64,000 nt of DNA from the NCBI GenBank assembly GCA_963662795.1, contig OY759746.1, forward strand, positions 1,792,001 to 1,856,000, in the 5' to 3' direction. Every line of letters begins with the position of its first letter. The first letter of the stretch is position 1. Both the position numbers and the translations under genes were made by a program. Shown here one piece after another: positions 1-10,890 of this stretch. Origin of the DNA: Spirochaetia bacterium. Lineage in GTDB: Bacteria > Spirochaetota > Spirochaetia > CADAEX01. The notes below the pieces were generated by a model that was not told where the DNA came from, made no database searches, and saw only the letters and a program-made list of their open reading frames with translations.

Positions 1-574
1 CAACCATGGTATGAAGACCGAACCTCTTTGCCCCCTTTTCTTTCATCAGCCTGTACCCTTCGATAAGCTGCTCCCTTGTAAATCCGTATTTTGCTTCTTC
101 CGGGTTTCCGATAATCTTGTTCCCTTCCTTGAGAGGACCCGGGTTGTATCTGAGGCATGCAAGCTCAGGAATTCCTGCATGTTTTTCAAGAAACGGGATA
201 TGGGTTATATCATCAAGGTTTATGACAGCGCCCAGCTCTTTCGCTTTTATATATTCGGCTGCAGGTGTATCGTTTGAAGTAAAGACTATGTCTTCTCCCT
301 TGATTCCTGCCATATCGGAAAGGAGCAGCTCGGGAAGCGAAGAGCAGTCCGCGCCCATCCCCTCTTCTTTGAGAATTTTAAGGATTGCCGGATTGGGAAG
401 GGCTTTTACCGCAAAGTAATTTTTGAATCCTCCCGGGACCCAGGAAAAGGCCTTGTAGAACCTTCTTGCGTTTTCTCTTATGGCTTTTTCATCATATATA
501 TGAAAAGGTGTGGGATGCTTTTCAATGATTTTTTCGATTTGCTGCATTGTAAATGGTAATTTTTTTGATGACAT
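1..574 (-). CDS. lysA: Diaminopimelate decarboxylase, 5' part (runs off window start)
   Basis: Minus-strand translation from ATG at 574: MSSKKLPFTMQQIEKIIEKHPTPFHIYDEKAIRENARRF...NYFAVKALPNP. It has the TPF-Y and FAVKA (PLP lysine) motifs. Absent from the ORF track because the stop lies outside the window. Confidence 0.9.
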   Translation of the reverse strand, partial: MSSKKLPFTMQQIEKIIEKHPTPFHIYDEKAIRENARRFYKAFSWVPGGFKNYFAVKALPNPAILKILKEEGMGADCSSLPELLLSDMAGIKGEDIVFTSNDTPAAEYIKAKELGAVINLDDITHIPFLEKHAGIPELACLRYNPGPLKEGNKIIGNPEEAKYGFTREQLIEGYRLMKEKGAKRFGLHTMV

Positions 575-755
575 TACTAACCTCAGTTTGTGTATTTTGT
601 TATAATATAACTATGACAACTATCTCCCGGGCTGTTATTTTGCGTTTTTTCCTTAGCTTTGCACTTTTTTAAAGACGGGCGATGTTACATAGGTATAATT
701 TACAATATATAAAAAGTTGTTTCAATATTCAAAGAAATAAAACCGACCGGCCGGT

Positions 756-2621
756 ATGCCGGAATTTTTAATAAGAGATGCCGGGGGGGGTGTGAAAACT
801 GGAATTTTTTCTTTTTTAAGGATTTTTGATATTTTAAGAAAAATTATTATAAATCTGCTGTTCTGGGGCCTTATAATCGCAGCTGTTGTTTTCTATGTGA
901 AAAACAACTATATACCGGAAATAGAAGACGGAACTACCCTCGTAATCCGGCCCCAGGGCATGGTTGTCGATTATTTTCCATCAGGCGCCGGCAGTTTTTT
1001 GTCTGATCTCTCTGAGGACGAAACACTCATCCCGTTGAGAAAAATACTCACAGTTCTAGAGGCGGCTTCTTCCGATGAAAAAATATCTTCTGTTTTTATT
1101 GACCTCAGGTACTTTGGCGGAGGGGGCCTGAGCAAGCTTCAGGAGATAGCATCGGCCGTGAAAAAGGTGAAAGAAGCTGGAAAAACTGTAATTGCCTTTT
1201 CAGATAAATATTCCCAGGGAAGTTATTATATCGCATCCCATGCAGGAAAGGCTGTTATTGATCCTCTGGGAGAGTTGATGTTTACAGGCATTGACAGTTT
1301 CACGAATTATTACGGCAAAGGGATGCAAAAATTCAGAATCAGGGTAAATGTCTTTAAGACAGGAGATTATAAAAGCGCTGTTGAGCCTTTTACCTCGGAA
1401 GGGATGAGCCGCTTTTCAAGAGAAGCTTCTTCCGAATATCTGAATGACCTCTGGGGGGAATATCTTTCAGGTATTGCAAAAGAGAGAAATAAAACAGTAA
1501 AACAGCTTGAAAATTATGCAGCAGGCTATGCTTCAATTTTATCCCGGTACAGCAGCAGCTCTGCGGAGGCCGCAAAGGGAAACGGCCTGGTTGATGAGAT
1601 TGCGGTTTGCGATGAGGCGGAAAAGCTTGCGGGGGAAGGCCCTTCAATAGACTGGGAAGAATATTACAAACTTGCGGAAAACAGGGTGGTTCCGGGAGAA
1701 AAGACAATTGCGGTAGTAACTGCTTCAGGAGATATTACAAAAGGCCGTCATCCCCCCGGGGGAATAGGCTCCAGTACCTACACTGATATTTTTGAAAGAA
1801 TAAGTGAGGACGGGAAAATATCGGCAGTTGTCCTTCGTATTGATTCAGGCGGCGGGGGAGTCGGCGCATCGGAAGATATAAGAAGGGCGCTGCAGAAAGT
1901 GAGGGACAGCGGGAAGCCGGTTGTTGTTTCAATGAGTTCTGTTGCCGCATCCGGCGCTTACTGGATTTCTACAGCCTCAGACGCAATCCTCTGCATGCCG
2001 ACAACGCTTACAGGTTCTATCGGAGTATTCGCGATGCTGCCTGATTTCAGCGAATTTCTTGAGAAATATCCCGGTGTGACAACAGACGGATACGGAACAA
2101 CACCCTATTCACATCTTTACCGCCCGGATATGAGCATGACTGAAGATATGAAAAAGGTGCTGCAGCTGAGTGTGGAAAAAGATTATTCATATTTTCTCTC
2201 TCTGGTTTCAGCTTCAAGAGGGATTACCGTTTCAGAAGCAGGAAGAGCTGCAGGCGGAAGGGTGTGGAGCGGAAAGGATGCAGCCGGAAAAAAACTTGTT
2301 GACAGGATGGGGGGCCTCTCCGATGCCGTCTCTCTTGCCGCTGAAAAGTGCGGATGCGGGGAAAAGGATTATTCGGTAAAATACTATGAGGCTGATGATA
2401 ACTGGCGTATTTCCATCATGAACAGATTTTCTTCCCTTTCAAAGAGTTCCGCGGCAGGAAACAGCAGCGATTCATCTCTGTTTGATTCACTTCTTAAGAC
2501 TGCAGCTAAAATACTTTTACTCATCCCTGAACCCGGATATTCCGGCAATAACAGTTCTGAGGATTTTTATAATGGTGAGGTTCAGGCGCTTTATACAGGG
2601 GATGAATATATAGTGATGTAG
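756..2621 (+). CDS. sppA: Signal peptide peptidase SppA, 67-kDa type
   Basis: N-terminal TM; YKSAVEPF (catalytic Lys), LRIDSGGG, SVAASGAYW (catalytic Ser), TGSIGV, GRVWSG. True start may be the GTG at ~792. Confidence 0.92.
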   Translation: MPEFLIRDAGGGVKTGIFSFLRIFDILRKIIINLLFWGLIIAAVVFYVKNNYIPEIEDGTTLVIRPQGMVVDYFPSGAGSFLSDLSEDETLIPLRKILTVLEAASSDEKISSVFIDLRYFGGGGLSKLQEIASAVKKVKEAGKTVIAFSDKYSQGSYYIASHAGKAVIDPLGELMFTGIDSFTNYYGKGMQKFRIRVNVFKTGDYKSAVEPFTSEGMSRFSREASSEYLNDLWGEYLSGIAKERNKTVKQLENYAAGYASILSRYSSSSAEAAKGNGLVDEIAVCDEAEKLAGEGPSIDWEEYYKLAENRVVPGEKTIAVVTASGDITKGRHPPGGIGSSTYTDIFERISEDGKISAVVLRIDSGGGGVGASEDIRRALQKVRDSGKPVVVSMSSVAASGAYWISTASDAILCMPTTLTGSIGVFAMLPDFSEFLEKYPGVTTDGYGTTPYSHLYRPDMSMTEDMKKVLQLSVEKDYSYFLSLVSASRGITVSEAGRAAGGRVWSGKDAAGKKLVDRMGGLSDAVSLAAEKCGCGEKDYSVKYYEADDNWRISIMNRFSSLSKSSAAGNSSDSSLFDSLLKTAAKILLLIPEPGYSGNNSSEDFYNGEVQALYTGDEYIVM

Positions 2622-2767
2622 TCCTTCCCTGATGAGAAGTATGCAAAGTTATTGATAAAAAAAAGTATTGCAGTTATAATTTTTCAATTATTTCAATCTA
2701 TTATAAGCATATTTTATTCAGCATTTATCAGCAGTGCTTCAGATATTATCTGCTAACGGGGGTTTGT

Positions 2768-3958
2768 ATGGCAGTATCACAGCGGGTTATTAAATCTATG
2801 GAAAATTCTTCCTGGATCAGAAAAATGTTTGAAACAGGGGGGATACTGAAAGCAAAATACGGAGACGATAATGTCTTTGATTTCAGCATAGGAAATCCCA
2901 ATGTTGAACCGCCTGAGGATTTTATAATCAAGCTTTCAGAATACGCAAATCTGAAAAAAACTGGGATGCACGCGTATATGCCCAATGCAGGATACCCCGA
3001 TGTAAGGGAAAAAATTGCCTCATGGGTAACATCAACGGAGGGGATTGAGATACACTCTGATAATATTGTGATGACCTGCGGTGCGGCAGGGGCGATGAAT
3101 GTTGTTTTAAAAACAATACTTAATCCCGGTGACAACATTATAGTATCAGCTCCGTATTTTGCAGAATATGAAGCATATATTGAAAACCACGGCGGCGAGG
3201 TAAACCGGGTACAGAGCGGCGAAAAATTCAACCTCTCTGTGGAAAATATTGAAAAAGCCATTAATGACAGGACCCAGGGGATAATAATAAACTCTCCCAA
3301 CAATCCTTCAGGCAGGGTATACAGCGAAGATACAATAAAAAGTCTTGCTTCCATGCTTGAGAGAAAAAGCAGGGAAAGGGGCCGGGCAATATACCTTCTG
3401 AGTGATGAACCCTATAAGAAAATTGTTTATGACGGAATTAAAGTCCCGTCAGTAATCAAAAATTACAGCCACAGCATAATCATGACTTCCTATTCAAAAG
3501 ACCTCTCAATCCCGGGCGAAAGGATCGGATGGCTTGCCGTAAATCCGGCAGCCGAGGATTTACATAATCTTCTGGGCGGAATAATTATGTGCAACAGGAT
3601 TCTCGGATATGTCAACGCGCCTGCAATAATGCAGAAGGTGGTTGCGGACCTCCAGGGCAGAAGCGTGGATATGAGTTTTTATAAAACAAAAAGAGACAGG
3701 CTGTGCGAGATTCTTGGAAACGCAGGTTATGAATTTATAAAGCCGGAAGGAACATTCTACCTTTTTCCCAAAGCGCCGGGGGGAGACGATCTGAAGGCTG
3801 TCAGTGCGCTTCAGGAAGAGAGGATTCTTACTGTTCCCGGGAGGGGTTTCGGAACTCCGGGGTATTTCAGGATTGCCTACTGTGTTTCAGACAGGGTTAT
3901 TGAAAGATCGGCGGAAGGTTTTGAAAAAACTTACAGGGCACTCAAAAATTCCTTATAA
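2768..3958 (+). CDS. PLP-dependent class I aminotransferase (aspartate/aromatic)
   Basis: FSIGNP, INSPNNPSG, SDEPY, SYSKDLSIPGERIG motifs; lies upstream of iorAB-paaK. Confidence 0.9.
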   Translation: MAVSQRVIKSMENSSWIRKMFETGGILKAKYGDDNVFDFSIGNPNVEPPEDFIIKLSEYANLKKTGMHAYMPNAGYPDVREKIASWVTSTEGIEIHSDNIVMTCGAAGAMNVVLKTILNPGDNIIVSAPYFAEYEAYIENHGGEVNRVQSGEKFNLSVENIEKAINDRTQGIIINSPNNPSGRVYSEDTIKSLASMLERKSRERGRAIYLLSDEPYKKIVYDGIKVPSVIKNYSHSIIMTSYSKDLSIPGERIGWLAVNPAAEDLHNLLGGIIMCNRILGYVNAPAIMQKVVADLQGRSVDMSFYKTKRDRLCEILGNAGYEFIKPEGTFYLFPKAPGGDDLKAVSALQEERILTVPGRGFGTPGYFRIAYCVSDRVIERSAEGFEKTYRALKNSL

Positions 3959-4085
3959 GGATTATTGAAATTCGCGCCTGCAGATTAAACCGGCGGTAAC
4001 GGCATAAGGATAACTTCTTGATTCATAACTGCCGGTTCAATAAATCATGAAAAGTGAAGATTCATTTATAGAAAGGAGCTTAATA

Positions 4086-5693
4086 ATGGCAGAAAAAGTA
4101 CTGCTTGGTGATGAGGCTGTAGCACTCGGAGCCATTCATTCCGGGCTTTCAAACGCATACGGATATCCCGGAACTCCATCATCGGAAATTATGGAATACC
4201 TTTTAAAGTATTCCATAAAGACAAAAAAAATACACGCATCATGGTGCAGCAATGAAAAAACCGCATATGAGGATGCTCTCGGCGTATCACTTGCAGGTAA
4301 AAGATCGATAGTAACGATGAAGCATGTGGGCTTGAATGTTGCCGCAGATCCTTTTATAAATTCAGCGCTTCTTAAAATCAACGGCGGCCTTGTAATTGTT
4401 GTCGCCGATGATCCGGGAATGCACTCCTCCCAGGATGAACAGGACAGCAGATTTTTCGCCGATTTCGCGAAAGTACCGTGCTTTGAACCTGTTAACCAGC
4501 AGGAAGCTTACGAAATGACAGGAGAGGCATTCGAGGTTTCGGAAAAATACCATGTTCCGGTTATGATAAGGCTTGTAACGAGGCTTGCCCATTCACGGGC
4601 AGTTGTTGTCACTGGCGAGGAAAAAGAACAGAACAGGATAAAAAAGGCTGAGGATAAAAATACATGGATGCTTCTTCCCGCCCTTGCGAGAAAACAGTGG
4701 GTGACCCTTCTCGGCAAATTTGAGGAGTTTAAAAAAGATTCGGAAAACTCTTCACGCAACCCTCTTTACATAAATCCTGATTTTAAAAAATACGGTGTTA
4801 TCACTACCGGACTCGGCAAAAACTATTATCTTGAAAATATGCCGGAGCTGTCCGATAAACCTTCACATCTTCATGTCGGAGTATATCCTTTGCCTGAAGA
4901 CAAGATAAAAAAGCTCGCGCAGCATGCTGAAAAAATAATTGTTATTGAGGAAGGGTATCCGTTCCTCGAGAGCAGATTACGGGGCATATTAAAACAGCAT
5001 GTTGGAATTGAAGGCAAACTGGACGGGAAAGTTCCCCCGACAGGTGAGCTTAACCCGGACAATGTAAGGCCTGCTCTCGGACTTCCCGTGAGAAAAGCTC
5101 TTGCGGAAGCTGAGCAGCTCCCCGGCCGCCCGCCGCAGCTTTGTCAGGGCTGTCCGCATATTGATTCGTACAACGCAATAAAGGGCGCGCTTGCCTCTTA
5201 CAGCGAAAGCGTGGTTACCTCTGATATCGGCTGCTATGCACTCGGGGCGCTTCCCCCCTATTCTGCGATCGAGACAATAATCTGCATGGGCGCTTCTGTA
5301 GGTACGGCAAAAGGGGCGGCGGAAGCGGGGCTTAAACCTGCTGTCGCGGTTATAGGCGACAGCACATTCTATCATTCGGGAATGACCGCCCTTGTTGACG
5401 CTGTTGCCGCAAACACTTCCATGACGCTTGTAATACTTGACAACTGTACTGTCGCCATGACAGGGGGACAGGAAACAATTGTTCCCACATCAAGGCTTGA
5501 ATCAGTTGTTACTGGACTTGGGGTTGATCCCGCCCATATCAAGACTATTGTGCCTCTAAAAAAGAACCATGAGGAAAATGTGGAAATATTAAGGAAAGAG
5601 ATAGCCTTTGAAGGGCTGTCTGTTATTCTCTCTGTCAGGGAATGTATCGAAGAGACCAAGAGAAGGCTCAAGAAAGGGAAGGGTAATAAATGA
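4086..5693 (+). CDS. iorA: Indolepyruvate:ferredoxin oxidoreductase alpha subunit
   Basis: GYPGTPSSEI, MKHVGLNVAAD, LCQGCPH, DIGCY, GDSTFYHSG (TPP). AGGAG RBS before ATG 4086. Confidence 0.92.
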   Translation: MAEKVLLGDEAVALGAIHSGLSNAYGYPGTPSSEIMEYLLKYSIKTKKIHASWCSNEKTAYEDALGVSLAGKRSIVTMKHVGLNVAADPFINSALLKINGGLVIVVADDPGMHSSQDEQDSRFFADFAKVPCFEPVNQQEAYEMTGEAFEVSEKYHVPVMIRLVTRLAHSRAVVVTGEEKEQNRIKKAEDKNTWMLLPALARKQWVTLLGKFEEFKKDSENSSRNPLYINPDFKKYGVITTGLGKNYYLENMPELSDKPSHLHVGVYPLPEDKIKKLAQHAEKIIVIEEGYPFLESRLRGILKQHVGIEGKLDGKVPPTGELNPDNVRPALGLPVRKALAEAEQLPGRPPQLCQGCPHIDSYNAIKGALASYSESVVTSDIGCYALGALPPYSAIETIICMGASVGTAKGAAEAGLKPAVAVIGDSTFYHSGMTALVDAVAANTSMTLVILDNCTVAMTGGQETIVPTSRLESVVTGLGVDPAHIKTIVPLKKNHEENVEILRKEIAFEGLSVILSVRECIEETKRRLKKGKGNK

Positions 5694-6253
5694 AATTTGA
5701 CATAATTCTTGCAGGTGTAGGCGGGCAGGGCGTTTTATCGCTGGCCGCGATTATAGCGACAGGGGCAATGAAAGATAATCTTAAAGTAAGGCAGTCTGAG
5801 GTGCACGGAATGGCTCAGCGGGGAGGCGCGGTTCTCTCTCACCTTCGTATATCAGACAGTGAAATAGCAAGCGACCTTGTGGCAAAAGGGACTGCATCTC
5901 TTATCATAAGCATGGAGCCTCTTGAGGTTTTAAGGTACGTTGATTATCTTTCGCCTGACGGCAGTGTTGTTACGGCATCAGAGCCGTTTGTCAATATACC
6001 GGATTATCCTGATATTGAAGCGATTTACGGTAAAATAAAAAAAATGAAAAACCATAAAATAGTCGAGTCGCTTGAGCTTGCAAAAAAAGCCGGAACTTCC
6101 CGGGCAGCAAACATGGTAATTATCGGCGCAGCCTCTTCCGTCCTTCCGGTTTCTGCCGGGTCCCTCAAGGCTGCGATTGAGGAACTTTTTTCATCCAAAG
6201 GGAAGGATGTTGTTGATACCAATATAAAAGCATTTACACTCGGGGCTGAATAA
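5690..6253 (+). CDS. iorB: Indolepyruvate oxidoreductase beta subunit
   Basis: GVGGQG and SEVHGMAQRGGAV motifs; overlaps iorA stop. Confidence 0.93.
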   Translation: MKFDIILAGVGGQGVLSLAAIIATGAMKDNLKVRQSEVHGMAQRGGAVLSHLRISDSEIASDLVAKGTASLIISMEPLEVLRYVDYLSPDGSVVTASEPFVNIPDYPDIEAIYGKIKKMKNHKIVESLELAKKAGTSRAANMVIIGAASSVLPVSAGSLKAAIEELFSSKGKDVVDTNIKAFTLGAE

Positions 6254-7576
6254 ATGGAGAAGAAAATGAATATCAGATACTGGAACCGCGAACTCGAGAC
6301 AATAGACAGAAGCAGTCTTGAAAAATATCAGCTTGAGAATTTAAGGGAAACTGTCTCATGGGCCCTTAAGACCCCGTTTTATAAAAAGCGCCTCGGGGAA
6401 GTGGGGATCAACTTTTCCGATGACATAAAAAAGCTTTCTGATATTAAAAAAATACCTTTTACAACAAAGGACGATCTGCGCTCCTCCTATCCCTACGGAC
6501 TTCTTGCACTGCCCAAAGAGGAAGTTGTAAGGCTTCATGCCTCAAGCGGCACGACCGGAACGCCAACCGTTATCTACCACAGCCAGAGGGATCTTGACAG
6601 ATGGACCGGGCTTGTATCAAGGTCGGTTACGATGATCGGTTGCGGCAAAGGGGACGTGTTCCAGAACATGATGACATACGGTCTGTTTACAGGGGGAATA
6701 GGGCTGCATTACGGGGCTGAGAAAGCCGGGCTTCTTGTTATCCCTGTAAGCTCGGGAAACACGAAGCGGCAGTTTAAATTCATGAAAGATTTTCAGACAA
6801 CCTTTGTTCACGCGACTCCGAGCTATATGCTTCATCTCTATTCAAAACTTGAAGAGGAAGGCTATAAACTGTCGGATTTTAATCTTAAAAAATCTATGGG
6901 CGGCGCCGAACCGCATTCGGAGGATATGAGAAAAAAAATTGAATCCCTTTTCAATATAGATATGTACAACAACTACGGCTTAAGTGAGATGAACGGTCCG
7001 TGTGTTGCGACCGAATGCGTTTACAAGGATGATATGCATGTCTGGGAAGATTCATTTTATCTTGAGATGATAAACCCGGACACTCTTGAAGAATCCGGAG
7101 AAGGGGAGAGCGGAGAACTTGTTATTTCAACACTGAGAAGACAGGCTACCCCGCTTTTAAGGTACAGGACTAGAGACCTTTCTGTCATAAATCCCGAACC
7201 CTGCAGATGCGGCAGAACACACCGGAGGATCTCCCGTATCAAGGGGAGGACCGATGATATGCTTATAATTAACGGTGTAAATGTATTCCCTTCCCAGATC
7301 GAGGAAATTATAATGAAGATGCCGGAAATAGGAACAAACTATCTGATTGCCATTGAAAAATCCGGGGCTCTTGACAAACTGACTGTAAAAACTGAAGTAG
7401 GTCCAAACATATTCAGCGATGATGCGCGTGATTTGAATGCCCTCAGACACAGAATCAAGGATAACATCAAGGCTGCCATATCAATTTCTCCCAATGTCGA
7501 GCTTCATGAACCCGGAATTCTCCCTGTTCATGAGGGAAAGGCCAAAAGAGTGATTGATGACAGAAAAAATAATTAA
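6254..7576 (+). CDS. paaK: Phenylacetate-CoA ligase
   Basis: HASSGTTG, YGLFTGG, YGLSEMNGP, LRYRTRD, GRTDDMLIINGVNVFPSQIE; typical ior neighbour. Confidence 0.9.
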   Translation: MEKKMNIRYWNRELETIDRSSLEKYQLENLRETVSWALKTPFYKKRLGEVGINFSDDIKKLSDIKKIPFTTKDDLRSSYPYGLLALPKEEVVRLHASSGTTGTPTVIYHSQRDLDRWTGLVSRSVTMIGCGKGDVFQNMMTYGLFTGGIGLHYGAEKAGLLVIPVSSGNTKRQFKFMKDFQTTFVHATPSYMLHLYSKLEEEGYKLSDFNLKKSMGGAEPHSEDMRKKIESLFNIDMYNNYGLSEMNGPCVATECVYKDDMHVWEDSFYLEMINPDTLEESGEGESGELVISTLRRQATPLLRYRTRDLSVINPEPCRCGRTHRRISRIKGRTDDMLIINGVNVFPSQIEEIIMKMPEIGTNYLIAIEKSGALDKLTVKTEVGPNIFSDDARDLNALRHRIKDNIKAAISISPNVELHEPGILPVHEGKAKRVIDDRKNN

Positions 7577-7616
7577 TATAAACTGATTTTTTAACCGAAG
7601 TTAATTCAGGAACACC

Positions 7617-9077
7617 ATGAAGCCAGACAGTGCCAGAACAATTCTTCTTAAAGAATGTACAACTTTTGATAAAAACGGTTTTGATACTGACATTAATCTA
7701 TATGTTTCTCTTATCGGGGATAAAAAATACCGGCAGGCCGCCTGGGTGTATGAAAAGCGCCTGATTCCGCGGTATCCGGATGAGTATACACGGATAAGGA
7801 TAATCAGGTACTACAGAAAAAATGATCCTCGTTTTGCTGAAATATATGCGGATGCTGTCCGTGAAATCCTGGAAAGGATAATAAGCTCTGTAAAAAAACT
7901 TGTCTCCCATCTGTCTGCCCTGTTCGAAGGGCAGAACAGCGACCCGGTGGATCTGCTCAAAAAAATAGAAATTGCCCTTCGTATTATACCCCGTGGAAAA
8001 GACGAGGGGATTGCATTTCTCGAGAAACTGGAAACCTATACAGTGCTTCTTGATTATATGACTGAAAAGTTCAGTGCAGCTTCAGATATCCTGAAACGCT
8101 ATTTCGATAACACGCTGTTTGTAAAGGTCGAGATAAAAAAAGAAAAGAATCTGACAGCCGGTACAGCCTCAGATTCTTCTTCAGCAGGCCGCACAGAGGC
8201 CCGGCAGCTGCGGAAAAAGATAACAATAGATCTTGATAAAATAGAATTTTCAGAATCGGAACTGGCGTTGATATGCATTGACAGCCGCGTCAAAAACAGA
8301 TCGTACCAGGTGCTTTCATACTGCCGGCTTTACTGGAGACATATCTTTAATCAGGATTTTGAGAAAAAGATTTTTCTGTATTCAAAAAAATACAGCACAA
8401 TCCATTACCGGATTTTTCAGATAATAAAAAACTGCCGCGTAAAAAGGATCGGCGACGATGTAATTCTGCTTGAGATTTACAGCCTGCTTTCAAACGGATA
8501 TCAGTACAGCCTTAAAGAAGACATGATGATGCAGGCCCTTTGGCGAAAAATAAAACCGGCGGACGCTTCGCAGATCAGGACAGGGAAATCAGTCCGGGAA
8601 GCTGAAAAATCTTCACCGGAAAAATTACCTGAAAAAAACAGAAGCGGTAAAAATGAAAAAAAGAAAATTCCTTCCGCTAAAAATAAAAAGCATCTGCGGC
8701 TGATAGAAAGAATGAATTACGGCCAGCGGCCTGACGCAGCAATTATGTCCCTTAAGGAAAAACTTGACCTGCTTAGCTCAGCCGATTCATTTAACGCGCA
8801 TGAGGAATTTAAAGCCCTTCTTCCAAAATATATCGAGCGGTATCTCCTTCGGCACAGGAAAAAAGATTCAGGCAGGGATCCCTATATTCTTAAAGGGGCG
8901 CTTTACGTTATTTCCAATTATATAGCTGATAATTATTCTGATGGATCAGCAACCGGCGAATGGAAAAACAGTATTGCCAAAACAGAAGTTACCAATATGG
9001 GTTTTATTGTTCCGGAAATTACCACAATAATCACCATGTGCCTTGAAGAGGTAAGAATGAGGCGGGCTGTAGCGTAA
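7617..9077 (+). CDS. Hypothetical protein (486 aa, helical with Lys-rich linkers)
   Basis: Long ORF co-oriented with paaK; no motif recognised. Confidence 0.75.
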   Translation: MKPDSARTILLKECTTFDKNGFDTDINLYVSLIGDKKYRQAAWVYEKRLIPRYPDEYTRIRIIRYYRKNDPRFAEIYADAVREILERIISSVKKLVSHLSALFEGQNSDPVDLLKKIEIALRIIPRGKDEGIAFLEKLETYTVLLDYMTEKFSAASDILKRYFDNTLFVKVEIKKEKNLTAGTASDSSSAGRTEARQLRKKITIDLDKIEFSESELALICIDSRVKNRSYQVLSYCRLYWRHIFNQDFEKKIFLYSKKYSTIHYRIFQIIKNCRVKRIGDDVILLEIYSLLSNGYQYSLKEDMMMQALWRKIKPADASQIRTGKSVREAEKSSPEKLPEKNRSGKNEKKKIPSAKNKKHLRLIERMNYGQRPDAAIMSLKEKLDLLSSADSFNAHEEFKALLPKYIERYLLRHRKKDSGRDPYILKGALYVISNYIADNYSDGSATGEWKNSIAKTEVTNMGFIVPEITTIITMCLEEVRMRRAVA

Positions 9078-9198
9078 AGAAAGCCCCCTTCCAGATTAAC
9101 AGAAGAGGGCGGGGGGGAGGTATTGAAGGACCTCAGCTAACGCCTGAGCCCTTCGGCAGATTTAAAACCTTCCGGTCTGTTTATCTGCTGTAATTGCA

Positions 9199-10707
9199 TT
9201 ATTTCAGGAGACCTATCATAACAGAACTTCCCTGTCTGTTAATCTGGAAAATCTTCCTGTTTGATCCCTGTTTGTTGAGAACTGAATAAAAAGACCCGAT
9301 ATCCGTAACAGGTATTTCGTTTATTTCCTCGATTATGTCTCCGGGTTTTATTCCGGCTATTGCTGCGGATGAATCTTCAATTACTGAAACTATTACCACG
9401 CCCTTGACAGATGCCTCAGCTTTGATTTCCTTTCTTATGTCATCAGTCAGTGTCGTTACAATAAGTCCCGGCCAAAGGTCCCTGTTCTTCTGTATTTCAG
9501 TTTCATCGGCCCTCTTTTCAATTTTGACATTGACTGTCATCATTTTTTTATCTCTTATAAGCCTGAAAATAGAGGTTGTTCCAGGGGAAAGTCTTCCAAC
9601 AATCTGTGTAAGATGGGATGAGCTGTCGATGCTTACGTTATCAACTTCTGTAATATAGTCGCCGGGCATGAGGCCTGATTTGTCAGCCGGAGATTTTTTG
9701 AAAAGGTTAAATACAATGGCGCCTTTTTTATCACCGAGTCCCAGGTTTTTTCTTAACTCTTCAGATGACGGATCGTTAAGGTCGCCGATGCTTACCCCCA
9801 GCCATCCGTAGACAACCCGGCCTGTCGAAATAAAATCTTCTATTGCTTTTTTCGAGTTGTTTATAGGAATTGCAAAACCTACTCCGACACTTCCTCCTGA
9901 TTGGGAAGCTATCCAGGTATTGATGCCTACTATTTCACCTTTCATGTTGACAAGAGCGCCTCCTGAATTGCCGGGGTTTATTGATGCGTCTGTCTGAATA
10001 TAATCAGTAAACCCTGAAATCTGGGAATTATCCATGCTTTTTCTCCCCAGTGCGCTTACAATACCCATTGTGACAGTTGACTCAAATCCGAATGGGTTTC
10101 CTACCGCGAGGACAATATCTCCGACAAAAAGATCGTCAGAGTTTCCGAGGACCGCAACAGGAACTTTTTCCGATGTTTCAAACATTACAAGCGCAAGGTC
10201 AGTGCGGGGATCGTTTCCGATGATTTTAGCATCGTATTCCCTTCCGTCGTTAAGCTTTACCTTGATTTCGTTGGCGTTCCCGGCAACGTGATTGTTGGTG
10301 AGAACATAAATCTTTTTTCCGTCCTGTTTGACAATGACGCCTGACCCCAGGCCCGGCTGCCTGTATTCCCTTTTCTGTCCCTGCGGGTTCTGCTGTCCCG
10401 GCTGGTTCGGCTGGTTTCTGAAGAAGAAATCAAAAGGATTTGAGAAATTCGGGATAGTCTGCTCTACTACTTCTACCGTGTTTATTTCTACAACAACAGG
10501 AAGCACCTTTTGGGCCACACCGTTAAATGAATAAAAAACCTGTTCCGCTGAATCAGGAACTGTTCTTTCTTCCGTTTGGGACATTGTGCTCTGGACAGTA
10601 CCTGCAGTTTCTTTTGATGGCGAAGAAAAGATGCATTGTGAAAACAATAGCAGCAGTAATACAGTGAAAAGGATTATAATCCCTTTGGTTTTTCTATTTT
10701 GTATCAT
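9199..10707 (-). CDS. htrA: Do/DegP (HtrA) family serine endoprotease with two PDZ domains
   Basis: Signal peptide; GLGSGVI, TNNHV, DLA, QTDASINPGNSGG triad; two PDZ-like repeats. Confidence 0.93.
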   Translation of the reverse strand: MIQNRKTKGIIILFTVLLLLLFSQCIFSSPSKETAGTVQSTMSQTEERTVPDSAEQVFYSFNGVAQKVLPVVVEINTVEVVEQTIPNFSNPFDFFFRNQPNQPGQQNPQGQKREYRQPGLGSGVIVKQDGKKIYVLTNNHVAGNANEIKVKLNDGREYDAKIIGNDPRTDLALVMFETSEKVPVAVLGNSDDLFVGDIVLAVGNPFGFESTVTMGIVSALGRKSMDNSQISGFTDYIQTDASINPGNSGGALVNMKGEIVGINTWIASQSGGSVGVGFAIPINNSKKAIEDFISTGRVVYGWLGVSIGDLNDPSSEELRKNLGLGDKKGAIVFNLFKKSPADKSGLMPGDYITEVDNVSIDSSSHLTQIVGRLSPGTTSIFRLIRDKKMMTVNVKIEKRADETEIQKNRDLWPGLIVTTLTDDIRKEIKAEASVKGVVIVSVIEDSSAAIAGIKPGDIIEEINEIPVTDIGSFYSVLNKQGSNRKIFQINRQGSSVMIGLLK

Positions 10708-10890
10708 GATAAAACTCCTTTAACTGGTATTTTTAATTTCAATTGATTTTCCTTTTGCTAAAAATATACAAACACTGAAGAAAGTAGTCTAATGAATATT
10801 TAGTTACAATTTTAAACAAAATGTTATAACTGGGTTTATAAAGTATTTATGGATTTCCGGCTCTTAAAAAGTTATTTTATGATGTAAATT

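Noticed and set aside
11-419. Plus-strand ORFs 11-277 and 117-419, and the many short antisense ORFs elsewhere in the track
   Set aside because: They are shadows of well-supported genes on the opposite strand or in another frame (here lysA).
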